From an uncultured candidate division Zixibacteria bacterium (GTDB lineage: Bacteria > Zixibacteria > MSB-5A5 > GN15 > PGXB01), in assembly GCA_963702205.1 (NCBI GenBank), contig OY969724.1, forward strand, positions 416,001-480,000: a stretch of DNA of 64,000 nucleotides, in the 5' to 3' direction. This document shows positions 45,934-56,153 of this stretch, piece after piece (within the stretch, counting starts at the first letter, position 1; every line of letters starts with the position of its first letter). The notes under the pieces were generated by a model. That model was not told the DNA's origin. It saw only the letters and a list, made by a program, of their open reading frames with translations, and did not search any database. The translations under genes were made by a program, and so were the position numbers.

Positions 45934-48363
45934 TTATATCCCCGCCGAGAGGCTGATAATGAAATTACGGCCCGGCTCGGGAATCGGGTTGTCCGGGTTG
46001 CGTCCATTGAACGGCTCGCTGTACGCCACATCAAAAATATTATTCACGTCCAGCGACAACCGTATCTGGCTGTATACATTCACCCCGGCATTGGCGTTGA
46101 ACACCGTGAAGGCCGACGTCGGGATATCTTCCAGCGCCGCCACTTCCGGCACGCGGTTCTGCGCTTCCGAATGCCTCAGCGTCACTTCCGCGAAAAAGTC
46201 GTGCTTGGGATAACGATACCCGAGCGTCGCGGTCGTCTTGAACGGTGAGACGAACAGCGGCTGACTGTCGGTCTTGTTCTGGCCGTGCTGGTACGACAAC
46301 CCCAGAACGCCGTACAGTCCGTTTTCGAGGTCACCTTCCATGAACGTCTCAAAACCGTAAATGGTCACGTCCTGAATGTTTTCATAACGCCACAGAGCCT
46401 GATAAAATCCCGGCCCCTGGGCGACGCTGTCGAAATTGACGAGCTGCGTGAAATCTTTATAATCGCTGTAGAAACCGATCACCGAATAACTGACGTGCGG
46501 ATGCACACCCTTGACGCCCGCGTTAATCGTCACGCATTTCTCGGGCTTGATATCCGGATTGGGGCGGGTTTCGCGGCCCGAGGCGCTGCCGTGATAAAAC
46601 CGCTCGACGACGTTCGGGACACGGTACGCCGTTCCGACGTCGGCGACGGCATTAACGCCGCCCTTGATCGGCATGACCAGCCCCAGCGAACCGTTAACCG
46701 CGCTGTAATTTTCATCAGTGGTCGGCAGCGGCTGGCCGGAATCATCGACGTAATTGGGTGTCGGATCAGTGGAAATCCAGAATCCATCGACACGCAATCC
46801 CGGATTGACCCGCAGCTTATCGAAGTGAATTTCACCCGAGGCGTAGGCACCGGCCGACAACCACTGGTTTTTCGGCACTGATGCGCTGAGCGATGTGTCG
46901 TAAACCGGGTCCGGCCCGAATCCTTCGAAGCGGGTTATCGAGGTGCTGGCACCGTCGATTTTCTCGCGCCAGCTGTCGATCCCGAACGTGAAGACGACGT
47001 CATCGGTGAAAACATACAGCTCCTGAAAATTCAGTCCGAATTTTTCAACTTGAGTATGGTTGAGCGTCGTTTCGAGATAACCGGTCGCGCCCGGACCCGC
47101 CGGGAAACTGACCTGATCATAAAAATCCGTCAGAAAGTCTTTGGAAATCTTGTCATAATAAAATTTACCCTGTAACCGGGCCAGGCGGCTGGTCAGGTTG
47201 GTGCCGGTGTACGTCGCGGAGAAATTATTGCGATCATGGTACGGATATGCGAACATATACGGCGTCGCTTCGTTCGGCACACCGGGATATCCGATATTCT
47301 TCGCCTTAAACGAACCGTAATCGAGATTGACGCGGTTCTTTTCGTCGAATTTATAATTCAACCGGCCGTCGTAGTTTTCGATACGGGCTTTGGAATTGGC
47401 CAGACGGTCGCTCGAAAACGACGTGCCCTGTTTGGCGTTTAGAGTGTCATAAAAGTTCTGGTTAAACACCGAATAGCGGCTGTCTTTAGTGGTCCAGTTA
47501 TCGGGAAGTTTGTAATCTTTCTGGGCGTCGCGGTACTGGTAGCCTCCGGTCAGGACGTACTTGGGTCCGCTGACACCGGCATCGAGGCGAATCCCGCTTT
47601 GCTGATCGGCCGTCGAATAACGTGTCCGAAACTTCCCGATAGGCATGATCTCATCGGTAAACTTGCCCTGCTTGGTAAGAATATTGATCACGCCGCCCAT
47701 GGCGTCGGAGCCGTAGAGAACCGATGACGGTCCATTGACGACTTCGACCCGGCTGATATCGTTGACATCGACCAGCGACATCGAAACACCGGCAAAATCG
47801 GCCACGTCGCGCTGATCGTTAAGACGTTCACCATCGACCAGCACCAGAATCCGGGTGCCATACAAACCGCGAATCACCGGGCGGGCCCGGAACGGTCCGG
47901 CGTCGTTCATGTCGATACCCGGCAGGGTTCGAATGACGTCCGAGACGATGGTGTTCCCCTGATCGGCGATCTCTTTGGCGTCGACGGCATTAACCGGCTG
48001 CGACGTCTTATAAGCTTCTTTGTCGTAACGGGTCGCCGTGACAACCATGGAGTTCAAAACCGTAAAAGCCTGATTGAGCTTAATCTGGTTTTCGGTCGTG
48101 CCCGACAGAATCAGGTTGTCCTGGCCGACATATCCGACATGGCTGACCGACACCGAACACGGTGGCTGGATATTTTTTAATTCGAAAAAGCCGTCTTTGT
48201 TGGTTTCGACGGCGATATTGGTATGTTTGACCATCACCGTAACGCCGATAATAGGCTTGTCGTGGGCTTTATCGGTGATGTATCCGGAATAATTTTCGGC
48301 GAAAAGTCCGGAGGACAGAATCAGCAGCATCATGGCGGTCATCGGCAGTATTCCACGCTTCAT
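45934..48363 (-). CDS. TonB-dependent outer-membrane receptor
   Basis: Signal peptide, N-terminal carboxypeptidase-regulatory-like domain, plug motifs (VVTATR, PVIRG, VEVVNGPSSVLYGSDAMGGVINI), C-terminal NIFD...PGRNF. Confidence 0.92.
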   Translation of the reverse strand: MKRGILPMTAMMLLILSSGLFAENYSGYITDKAHDKPIIGVTVMVKHTNIAVETNKDGFFELKNIQPPCSVSVSHVGYVGQDNLILSGTTENQIKLNQAFTVLNSMVVTATRYDKEAYKTSQPVNAVDAKEIADQGNTIVSDVIRTLPGIDMNDAGPFRARPVIRGLYGTRILVLVDGERLNDQRDVADFAGVSMSLVDVNDISRVEVVNGPSSVLYGSDAMGGVINILTKQGKFTDEIMPIGKFRTRYSTADQQSGIRLDAGVSGPKYVLTGGYQYRDAQKDYKLPDNWTTKDSRYSVFNQNFYDTLNAKQGTSFSSDRLANSKARIENYDGRLNYKFDEKNRVNLDYGSFKAKNIGYPGVPNEATPYMFAYPYHDRNNFSATYTGTNLTSRLARLQGKFYYDKISKDFLTDFYDQVSFPAGPGATGYLETTLNHTQVEKFGLNFQELYVFTDDVVFTFGIDSWREKIDGASTSITRFEGFGPDPVYDTSLSASVPKNQWLSAGAYASGEIHFDKLRVNPGLRVDGFWISTDPTPNYVDDSGQPLPTTDENYSAVNGSLGLVMPIKGGVNAVADVGTAYRVPNVVERFYHGSASGRETRPNPDIKPEKCVTINAGVKGVHPHVSYSVIGFYSDYKDFTQLVNFDSVAQGPGFYQALWRYENIQDVTIYGFETFMEGDLENGLYGVLGLSYQHGQNKTDSQPLFVSPFKTTATLGYRYPKHDFFAEVTLRHSEAQNRVPEVAALEDIPTSAFTVFNANAGVNVYSQIRLSLDVNNIFDVAYSEPFNGRNPDNPIPEPGRNFIISLSAGI

Positions 48364-48585
48364 GACAAATCCCTTATGCAAAATGTTTCTTTCACTGGTT
48401 ACGTTCCAAAACGTATTTCTCTTTTTAAAGTTTCAGCTAATCTGTGTACAAAATAAGACTAAGTTTGTCAAGATTTTCCGACAAAAAAATTGATTTGAGT
48501 CAAAAAGGCAGTAAAAAAGCCGACTCCCAAATTCACATATTCGCAGGTGCTTTTAGTATATAAACGCCCCGGGGAAATCTTTAGA

Positions 48586-48653
48586 CTGGGTCGCCCACCG
48601 CTTGCGGTGGGAACGCCTGAATAATGCAACCGGCAGACGCCCTCGCCTGCCGG
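48586..48653 (+). repeat. REP-like palindromes
   Basis: GGGTCGCCCACCGCTTGCGGTGGG (related copy inverted at ~32744-32782) and ACCGGCAGACGCCCTCGCCTGCCGG. Confidence 0.75.
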
Positions 48654-48680
48654 TTATTAGATTGTACTTTAACCTAAGGC

Positions 48681-49142
48681 TTACGCACTCAAATTCGACG
48701 TGCAAAACGGGCAGCGTACGGCTTTGATCGGAATGCTTGAAAAACAATGCGGACATTCCTTCGCGGTCGGTTCCGGAGTTGGTTCCGGTGCCTTTTCGCG
48801 CTTCAGCCGGTTAATATTCTTCACCAAAACAAATATGGCGAAGGCCACGATCAGAAAGCTGATGATCGTATTTATAAATGTCCCGTAATTGAGCGTCACT
48901 GCTCCGGCGGCCTGGGCCTCAGCCACGGTGGCATACGATGCGACTTCGGCTCCGTGCTTGAGCACGATAAACAGGTTGGAAAAATCAACATTGCCAAGAA
49001 GCAGCCCGATCGGCGGCATGATCACGTCGGCTACCAGCGATTTGACGATGGTGCCGAAGGCGGCGCCGATGATTATGCCGACGGCCATGTCGACGACATT
49101 GCCTTTGACGGCGAATTCTTTGAATTCTTTCATCATACCCAT
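48681..49142 (-). CDS. mscL: Large-conductance mechanosensitive channel with a C-terminal CxxC...CxxC tail
   Basis: [30 protein letters not shown]; tail CPHC...CPFC. Confidence 0.95.
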   Translation of the reverse strand: MGMMKEFKEFAVKGNVVDMAVGIIIGAAFGTIVKSLVADVIMPPIGLLLGNVDFSNLFIVLKHGAEVASYATVAEAQAAGAVTLNYGTFINTIISFLIVAFAIFVLVKNINRLKREKAPEPTPEPTAKECPHCFSSIPIKAVRCPFCTSNLSA

Positions 49143-49192
49143 AGTGAGGGCTCTCCCATTTAAAGGTTATGTTTGCTTTTCAGGTTATAGTA

Positions 49193-49415
49193 GGTCAGGA
49201 GCCCTGCCGAAGGTCCCGAGCGAAGCGAGGGAGCTCCTGACAATTTCTTCTGCATCATCGCCGGACTGAAATCAAATTTACTCGATTTTGTTCCGGGAGG
49301 GAAGAAGAATTTTTTAATGAGTATTCCGATGGTGGCTTACACGTGACCGGCAGACGCCCTCGTCTGCCGGCTGTTGCTTTGTGCATTGTGATCGGCGGGT
49401 CCTCAGACCCGCCGC
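49193..49415 (+). repeat. REP-like cluster
   Basis: Fourth GGTCAGGAG...CTCCTGACA unit (49193-49242), ACCGGCAGACGCCCTCGTCTGCCGG (49346-49370), CGGCGGGTCCTCAGACCCGCCG. Confidence 0.8.
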
Positions 49416-49452
49416 CAAGATTATTAACACAAATGCGGGTTTGCCCCATTTA

Positions 49453-49899
49453 TTAGTTGGTGAATCCCACTCCACAATCACATGCTAACGAACATATTTC
49501 CACTATAATTACAATTATAGCTGCAAGGGCAAACACACCAAGCATGAACATCCATATTTTGTATGAACTCCAGCGACACAACATCTTATTAAATCCGGAC
49601 GATTTGCTATGAATAACCTCAAAGCCATTGACAGAATTTCTTTCATATTCTTCGAGAAGCTGTGAATCCCTGACTTCAAGACACCTGTGTTTCGCCATTA
49701 GCTGTATTGATGCCAAAGCAGCGGCCAAAGCTAAGACAGCCGACATAAGCGTGGCGAAGCTCGAGGCACCGGACCCGAGGGCGATTGTGAACAGAAACGC
49801 CTGCGCGGTTAAGCTTAAGACAGGCGTTTGCCACATCAGCCCATTGAGTGCCGTCCGTCGGGCAGCCACTACATCATATTGATCTTTCGCTATTGCCAT
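49453..49899 (-). CDS. Hypothetical small membrane protein (3 TM)
   Basis: ATG preceded by GGGGAG; three hydrophobic segments. Confidence 0.65.
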   Translation of the reverse strand: MAIAKDQYDVVAARRTALNGLMWQTPVLSLTAQAFLFTIALGSGASSFATLMSAVLALAAALASIQLMAKHRCLEVRDSQLLEEYERNSVNGFEVIHSKSSGFNKMLCRWSSYKIWMFMLGVFALAAIIVIIVEICSLACDCGVGFTN

Positions 49900-50106
49900 A
49901 CCGATCTCCCCCTATTGCGAGCATTGTTAGGCCCATCCTCAACAACATTTTAGTTCGTTTTGAATTGCATCAGAAAATGATTCTGACATCGATAAAATTT
50001 ATGAATTTTATTCCCCCAAAAAAGAGAATTATACGGCAAGGCCTGGTCGCCCCCCGCCCCCTATCCTTGACTTCACCGGACAAAAAAAGTATATTCTCCC
50101 CGCTCG

Positions 50107-50191
<85 letters not shown>

Positions 50192-50218
50192 TGTAACGTG
50201 AAAGAAAGGACTGACGGT

Positions 50219-51526
50219 TTGAAAGCTACAATAAAATCCTCCGACGGCCTCAAACGCGAAATCGAAATCGAAGTCCCGGCCGATATTGTCGACGCCGCCT
50301 TCGCCGAACGCTACCACAAATACCGCAAGGAAGCCAATATCAAGGGATTCCGCCCCGGTAAAGCCCCGCTGGCCATTATCAAAAGCAAATTCCAGGAAGC
50401 CATCCGCGATGATGTCATCCAGGAACTGGTCAACGATTCCTATCCGCAGGCGATCAAGGACAACGATCTCGACGTCGCCTCCGCCCCCAAATTTCCGGAA
50501 ATCGACCTCAAAGAAGGCGCGCCGTTCAAATACGTCGCCGAAGTGGAAGTCATGCCGGTGATCGAGAAGGTCGATTACGACGGTCTGGAGCTGCCCAAAG
50601 AGGAAATCGAAGTCAAGGACGAGGAAGTACAAACCGTAGTCGATTACCTGCGCAAGAAACATTCTGAACTGAGGACGGTGGACCGGGAGGCCAAAGAGGA
50701 TGACGTCCTGATAGTCAATCTGGTCAAACTCGACGATCCGGATAAGATCCTCGATGGTGACAGTTTCGATGACAACGAAGTCGAGCTTTCCAGTCAGTAC
50801 ACCGTCAAAGAACTGCGCGAGGGTCTTCCCGGATTGAAAGCCGGGGATTCCAAAGAAATTACCGTCAGCTACCCGGCCGACTATTCCCAGAAAAAATTCG
50901 CGGGGCATACGATCAAGTTCAACTGCACCGTCAAAGAAGTTAAAGAGCGCCTCCTGCCGCCGGAGGACGATTCTTTCGTGCAGACAGTCGGCGAGCAGGG
51001 CACTTTTCTCGAACTGCGACTCAAAATCCGCCAGGACCTTGTCAATCAAAAGGAACTCGACCTGAAGAAATTCTATCAGGAACGCCTTCGCGACCAGGTT
51101 ATCGACAAGAATCAGGTGCCGATTCCGCAGGCGATGGTGCTCAATTATCTCGAATCGATGAAAGAAGATTTTCGCAAGAACAACCAGCCGTTCGAGGATA
51201 AGACTTTCGAAATGCAGTACGGCCTTCTGGCCGAGAACGCCCTGCGCTGGAATATGCTCTCGCATAAGCTCACCGAGCAGGAAAATATTGAAGTTTTGCC
51301 GTCGGATACCGAAAATTGGATAAAGGGCTTTGCCGAACGTTATAAAATGGAATTTGACAAGGCCAAAGAGGTTTTGTCCCAGTCCGGACGAAACCAGGAA
51401 ATTAAGGAAACCATTCTCGAGGATAAGGTGTTCGACTTTTTGACGAGCCGGGCGAAGATGGTGGACGCTCCCAGGCCCGAACCGGAAAAGGACACACCGG
51501 ATAAAACCACGGAGGAAAAGCAATGA
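50219..51526 (+). CDS. tig: Trigger factor
   Basis: [10 protein letters not shown] signature. TTG start after an AAGGA RBS; tRNA-Leu-tig-clpP-clpX synteny. Confidence 0.93.
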   Translation: MKATIKSSDGLKREIEIEVPADIVDAAFAERYHKYRKEANIKGFRPGKAPLAIIKSKFQEAIRDDVIQELVNDSYPQAIKDNDLDVASAPKFPEIDLKEGAPFKYVAEVEVMPVIEKVDYDGLELPKEEIEVKDEEVQTVVDYLRKKHSELRTVDREAKEDDVLIVNLVKLDDPDKILDGDSFDDNEVELSSQYTVKELREGLPGLKAGDSKEITVSYPADYSQKKFAGHTIKFNCTVKEVKERLLPPEDDSFVQTVGEQGTFLELRLKIRQDLVNQKELDLKKFYQERLRDQVIDKNQVPIPQAMVLNYLESMKEDFRKNNQPFEDKTFEMQYGLLAENALRWNMLSHKLTEQENIEVLPSDTENWIKGFAERYKMEFDKAKEVLSQSGRNQEIKETILEDKVFDFLTSRAKMVDAPRPEPEKDTPDKTTEEKQ

Positions 51527-52119
51527 CTTTGGTACCTATGGTGGTCGAACAGACCGGACGCGGCGAACGCGCCTATGATATATACTCACGGCTGCTTAAG
51601 GACCGGATTATTTTCATCGGAGCCCCGATCGAAGACCATCTGGCCAACTTGGTTATCGCCCAGCTTCTCTTTCTGGAAGCCGACGACCCGGAAAAGGACA
51701 TTTATATCTATATCAATTCGCCAGGCGGATCGGTCACGGCCGGTATGGCCATCTATGATACGATGCAGTTCGTCAAGCCCGACATCGCCACAACCTGCAT
51801 GGGCCTCGCGGCGTCGATGGGCTCTTTCCTCCTGACCGCTGGAACCAAGGGAAAACGGGCGGCCCTGCCCAATTCACGCATCATGATTCACCAGCCTATG
51901 GCCGGAACTCAGGGACAGGTGTCAGACATCGAAATCATGACCAAGGAATTCGTCAAAACCAAACAGCACCTCAACGAACTGCTCTCTTTTCACACGGGGC
52001 AGCCGATGGAAGTGATCGAAAAGGACACCGACCGCAATAATTTCATGTCGGCCGAAGAAGCTTTGAAGTACGGATTAATCGACAAAATTTACGAGTTCGG
52101 ACGCAAAGAAAAGAAATAG
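51523..52119 (+). CDS. clpP: ATP-dependent Clp protease proteolytic subunit
   Basis: [28 protein letters not shown] motifs. Confidence 0.98.
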   Translation: MTLVPMVVEQTGRGERAYDIYSRLLKDRIIFIGAPIEDHLANLVIAQLLFLEADDPEKDIYIYINSPGGSVTAGMAIYDTMQFVKPDIATTCMGLAASMGSFLLTAGTKGKRAALPNSRIMIHQPMAGTQGQVSDIEIMTKEFVKTKQHLNELLSFHTGQPMEVIEKDTDRNNFMSAEEALKYGLIDKIYEFGRKEKK

Positions 52120-52125
52120 GATATT

Positions 52126-53421
52126 ATGACCGACAAGCCCACGGATAAAAAATCATCGGATGATTCGGGCGGTTACGGAACTCATCATCGTTGCAATTTC
52201 TGCGGCAAACCGGCTTCGAAAGTAAAACGTCTGTTCGCCGGTTACGAAGCGTTTATCTGCAACGAATGCGTCAACCTGTGTCATGACATTCTCGAAACCA
52301 CCCCGGACGTGGGCGACGCCGAAGAAACGTTCGAGGTACCCAAGCCTCTGGAAATAAAGGCATTTCTTGATAAATTCGTCATCGGGCAGGAATTCGCCAA
52401 GCGCAACGTCGCGGTGGCGGTTTACAATCACTACAAGCGAATCAACGATATGGCCTCGAATGGCCACGAGCGCAAAAAGGGTTCCGAAGTCGAGCTGGAA
52501 AAATCCAATATTCTTCTGATCGGCCCCACCGGGACCGGCAAGACTCTTATCGCCCGGACCCTGGCCAAATTCCTGCAGGTACCGTTTTCCATCGCCGATG
52601 CCACCGTCCTGACCGAAGCCGGCTACGTGGGCGAGGACGTCGAAAATATTCTGGTCAGATTGTACCAGGCTTCGAACTACAATCAGGCCCGTACCGAGCG
52701 CGGCATTATTTATATCGACGAGCTCGATAAGATCGCGCGCACCGACGGCAACCCGTCGATCACCCGCGACGTCTCCGGCGAAGGTGTCCAGCAGGGACTT
52801 CTGAAAATCCTCGAGGGAACCGTCGCCAACATCCCGCCCAAAGGCGGACGCAAACATCCGGAGCAGTCGTTCGTGCCGATCGACACCTCGAATATTCTCT
52901 TCATCTGCGGCGGAGCGTTTGAGGGTCTGGAGAAAATCGTCGCACGACGGGTCGGGAAGAAGCAGGTCGGTTTCGACGCCGAAAACCTGAATCTCAATCA
53001 CAGTACACCGGAGATTCTGGACTACACCGATCCGCAGGACCTGCTCGCCTTCGGGCTGATACCGGAACTGATCGGCCGTCTGCCGGTGACCGCGCCGCTT
53101 CGGCCGCTCGACAAAAACGCCCTGTTCTCGATTCTGACCGAACCGCAAAACGCCATCACCAAGCAGTACCAGAAGCTATTCGAGATGGAAGGCATCAAGC
53201 TGACCTTCGAACAGGAAGCGCTGTGGGAAGCGGTCGCAATAGCGGAGACAAAAAAGACCGGCGCAAGGGCGCTGCGTTCGATTTTCGAAAAGGCGATGCT
53301 CAATATCATGTACGATGCACCATCGCGGCAGGACATCTCCGAAGTTATCATTACGGCGGAGGTCGTCAAAGACGGCGCCGAACCGAAATTCATCAAAAAG
53401 CAGCACAAGCAATCGGCATAG
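52126..53421 (+). CDS. clpX: ATP-dependent Clp protease ATP-binding subunit
   Basis: Zinc finger CNFC...[37 protein letters not shown]. Confidence 0.98.
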   Translation: MTDKPTDKKSSDDSGGYGTHHRCNFCGKPASKVKRLFAGYEAFICNECVNLCHDILETTPDVGDAEETFEVPKPLEIKAFLDKFVIGQEFAKRNVAVAVYNHYKRINDMASNGHERKKGSEVELEKSNILLIGPTGTGKTLIARTLAKFLQVPFSIADATVLTEAGYVGEDVENILVRLYQASNYNQARTERGIIYIDELDKIARTDGNPSITRDVSGEGVQQGLLKILEGTVANIPPKGGRKHPEQSFVPIDTSNILFICGGAFEGLEKIVARRVGKKQVGFDAENLNLNHSTPEILDYTDPQDLLAFGLIPELIGRLPVTAPLRPLDKNALFSILTEPQNAITKQYQKLFEMEGIKLTFEQEALWEAVAIAETKKTGARALRSIFEKAMLNIMYDAPSRQDISEVIITAEVVKDGAEPKFIKKQHKQSA

Positions 53422-54047
53422 CCGGGTTTCAGATTAAAATTCCGGATAACTTTCGAACGTCAATATTCGGGCCAATTTTCGAGCTTCGGTTCGATTATAT
53501 TCTTAAATTTCGTCCTAATATAAAAGCGCACCCTGGTGGGGTGCGCCCGGGTAAAAATGTGGGGTTGACCCCGGTCGAAGCAAGCTTCACCGAAGTCATA
53601 GATATTGACGAATCCCCGTCCCGAATGTTTAAAAAATCTTAAAAAATCGGTAAATTTTCCCCACATCATTTTCCCCACCTCAATCATAACCTCAAGGTCC
53701 CATCAATGTCATTCCGGGCTTGACCCGGAATCCATCTTCTGTCTTTCAATGTCATTCCCGACTTGATCGGGAATCCATCTTGGTGGGAATCCTTCCACTC
53801 CAAACGAGTTTGGAGTTGCCACCCAACCGAAATGACATTGGAGGCGAATTCAAGCATTGGTGCATCATAGTGACAAACCACCCGTTGGGTGGGTTACAAG
53901 ATTAGCCAAGAACTGTATTCCCGATCAAGTCGGGAATGACATTATGCGGGACATTCAAGCATTGGCGCATCATAGTGACAAACCACCCGTTGGGTGGGTT
54001 ACAAGACAAAAAGGAAATGCGAAATTGCCATGACCGGCAGACGCCCT

Positions 54048-54200
54048 GAGGCTGTCTCAAAAGTACTCTTTTTAAGTTCCGCGGGGTCTTGTCCCGACGA
54101 AGTCGGGATGTGACCCTGCGGTCTTTCAACGGTTTCCGTCGGGTGACAATTTCGACTACGTCGAAATCAACACCCGACGGAACACTTTTGGGACAGCCTC
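54048..54200. mobile_element. 153-bp non-autonomous MITE (IS1182-like ends) inserted in a REP loop, 4-bp TSD CCCT
   Basis: TIRs GAGGCTGTCTCAAAAGT / ACTTTTGGGACAGCCTC (16/17 match); CCCT at 54044-54047 and 54201-54204. Confidence 0.85.
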
Positions 54201-54458
54201 CCCTCGTCTGCCGGTTGATTAGATTGTGCTCTAAATCGTTCAGGCGTCAGACGGGGGCGTCTAACGCCCACGAGAACGAGATATCCTGACGCCCGCGCAC
54301 ATGTGGACATGTGTTGCGCACAGCAAAAACCAAGAGCATCAAGCCCCTCTTCACTTCGCTCAGAGCCTTCGGCAAGTGGGCTTGACCTTTTGAAGACAAC
54401 TCCCGGCGGGTCTGAGGACCCGCCGGGCACAACGCATATTTCATCACAAGACGGCCAT

Positions 54459-54490
54459 TAAAAAAGGCGTGTCCTGAATCCAGACACGCC
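54459..54490 (-). terminator. Intrinsic terminator (minus strand)
   Basis: GGCGTGTC-TGGATTCAG-GACACGCC followed by TTTTTT. Confidence 0.7.
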
Positions 54491-54512
54491 CAGGGTAATA
54501 AATAAGATGGGA

Positions 54513-54631
54513 TGTGCTTTTTAATTAATCATGCTTATTAATCAACCAAGTTTGTTAACCTATCATGTTTATTAATCTACTACGATGATTAATCCACAAA
54601 GTTTCTTAATTCACATTATTGATTAATACAC
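54513..54631. repeat. Degenerate tandem array, 7 x 17 bp
   Basis: TTAA at 54521, 54538, 54555, 54572, 54589, 54606 and 54623. Confidence 0.85.
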
Positions 54632-54773
54632 TTTGTTTATTCCAGCGCCGTCATGAACCCCTTCATGACGGCATTCGTGGTATCATCATAGGCGCGGCAG
54701 GAAAAGGTTCCTGCCGCCGCAGTAACAAGGCGTCAGACGGGGGCGTCTGACGCCCACAAGGCAAACTTGTCGG

Positions 54774-56055
54774 TTAATCCACCAGCACTTTTTCCAAGCG
54801 CTCGACGATGTAGTCGACTTCGGAATCGTCGATAATCAGCGGCGGTGAAATACGAATCGTATGGCCGTGGCTGTCGTTGGCCAGCATATCCATATCGAGC
54901 AGCTTGTGGCAGTACTGCATGGCGTCGCCGCTCTTGACCTCGATGCCGATAAACAGCCCGCGTCCACGCGTCTCTTTTACGTGGCTCGAACGCGAACAAA
55001 CCTCGTCGATCTTGTCTTTGAGAACCTTGCCCGTCCTGGCGGCGCGCTCGGCCAGCTTTTCATCGATCATGACGTCCAGCGCGGCCAGACCGGCGGTGCA
55101 GGCCAGCGGATAGCCGCCATACGTCGACCCATCGGAGCCCGGCTTGAACACCATGTCCATCAGGTCGCGGTTGGTGACCATGACCGACAGCGGCACCAGT
55201 CCGCCCGAAATGGCTTTGCCCAGGACGATGGCATCGGGAACGACGCCTTCGTGCTCGAAACAGAACGTCCTGCCGGTGCGTCCCAGCCCGACCTGGATTT
55301 CATCGAACGTCAGAATCAGGTCGTGCTTGTTGGCCAGGTCGCGCAGGCCCTTGAGGAATCCGGCGGGCGGCACATACATCCCGCCCTCGCCCTGCATCGG
55401 CTCGACCAGTATCCCGCAAGTGTTCTTGTTGATCAGTTTTTCGACTCCATCGAGATCACCGTACCGAACGCTGTGGAATCCCGGCGTCAGCGGCCCGAAA
55501 CCTTCTTTGTACTTATCGCTCGTCGAAAACGAGATGACCGTAATCATGCGACCGTGAAAATTGTTATCGAAGACGATTATCTCCTGCTTGCCGTCGGGGA
55601 TGCCCTTCTGCTTGTAGCCGTAATAGCGCATCAGCTTGATCGCCGTCTCGACCGACTCGACCCCGCCGTTTTTCGGCAGAGCCTTGTTGCCGCTATTCGA
55701 AATGCGCGGCGCCATCTGCGGCACCAGCGTCGAGATACGTTTCAAAAACAGCGACATGACGTCGGTGTACACGACGTTGGAGATCACCGAACCATAGCCG
55801 TTCTGAAGAGCCGTCACCAGGGCCTGGACGATTTTGGGATGATGATGACCGGGATTGGCGGCGCTGTACGCGGCGAGGCAGTCGAGAATTTTGCGGCCGT
55901 CCCGGGTGTACATCCAGGCGCCTTCGGTCTTGCGTACCGATCGTTTTCAGACGACCGTAGTGCGTTGCACCGTACAGTTTGTCGATATCCAGAATTTCTT
56001 TATCGGACAGCTCGGAATAGCCGAGGGTGTTTTTGGCAGACGCTGTGATAGCCAT
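54774..56055 (-). CDS. rocD: Ornithine aminotransferase (class III PLP enzyme); +1 frameshift at ~55938
   Basis: DCLAAYSAANPGH, NGGVESVETAIK, EPMQGEGG, DEIQVGLGRTG, LGKAISGG. Removing one G restores KTIVRKTEGAWMY. Confidence 0.85.
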
Positions 56056-56153
56056 GTCTGTCTCCTTTCTATATTCGCGGCCGGGCCGCGCAGAAGTATT
56101 ACTATCGGAATTTATTCATGGTCCCGGACACTGCCGGGAAAGAAGTTGGAAGA

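Larger units (their letters stand above)
53708..54760. repeat. Large mosaic of REP-like and RS3-like palindromes between convergent clpX and rocD
   Basis: GTCATTCC(C/G)G.CTTGA.C.GGAATCC x3, a 54-bp direct repeat x2, GGCGTCAGACGGGGCGTCT.ACGCCCAC-like units x2, and others. Confidence 0.85.

Noticed and set aside
44872..49242. Possible CRISPR array or integron attC sites from the recurring 51-bp repeats
   Set aside because: Spacing is irregular, there is no cas or intI gene, and there are no RYYYAAC/GTTRRRY ends. They fit REP-like elements better.
53520..53690. Hairpins after clpX (GCGCACCC...GGGTGCGC; TGTGGGG/CCCCACA) as a riboswitch or sRNA
   Set aside because: No recognisable family motif and no downstream gene to regulate.
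54513..54631. Replication origin, or a guide-RNA or type III antitoxin array
   Set aside because: There is no dnaA/dnaN/gidA context, no perfect DnaA box, and no adjacent effector or toxin ORF. It is kept only as an unexplained array.
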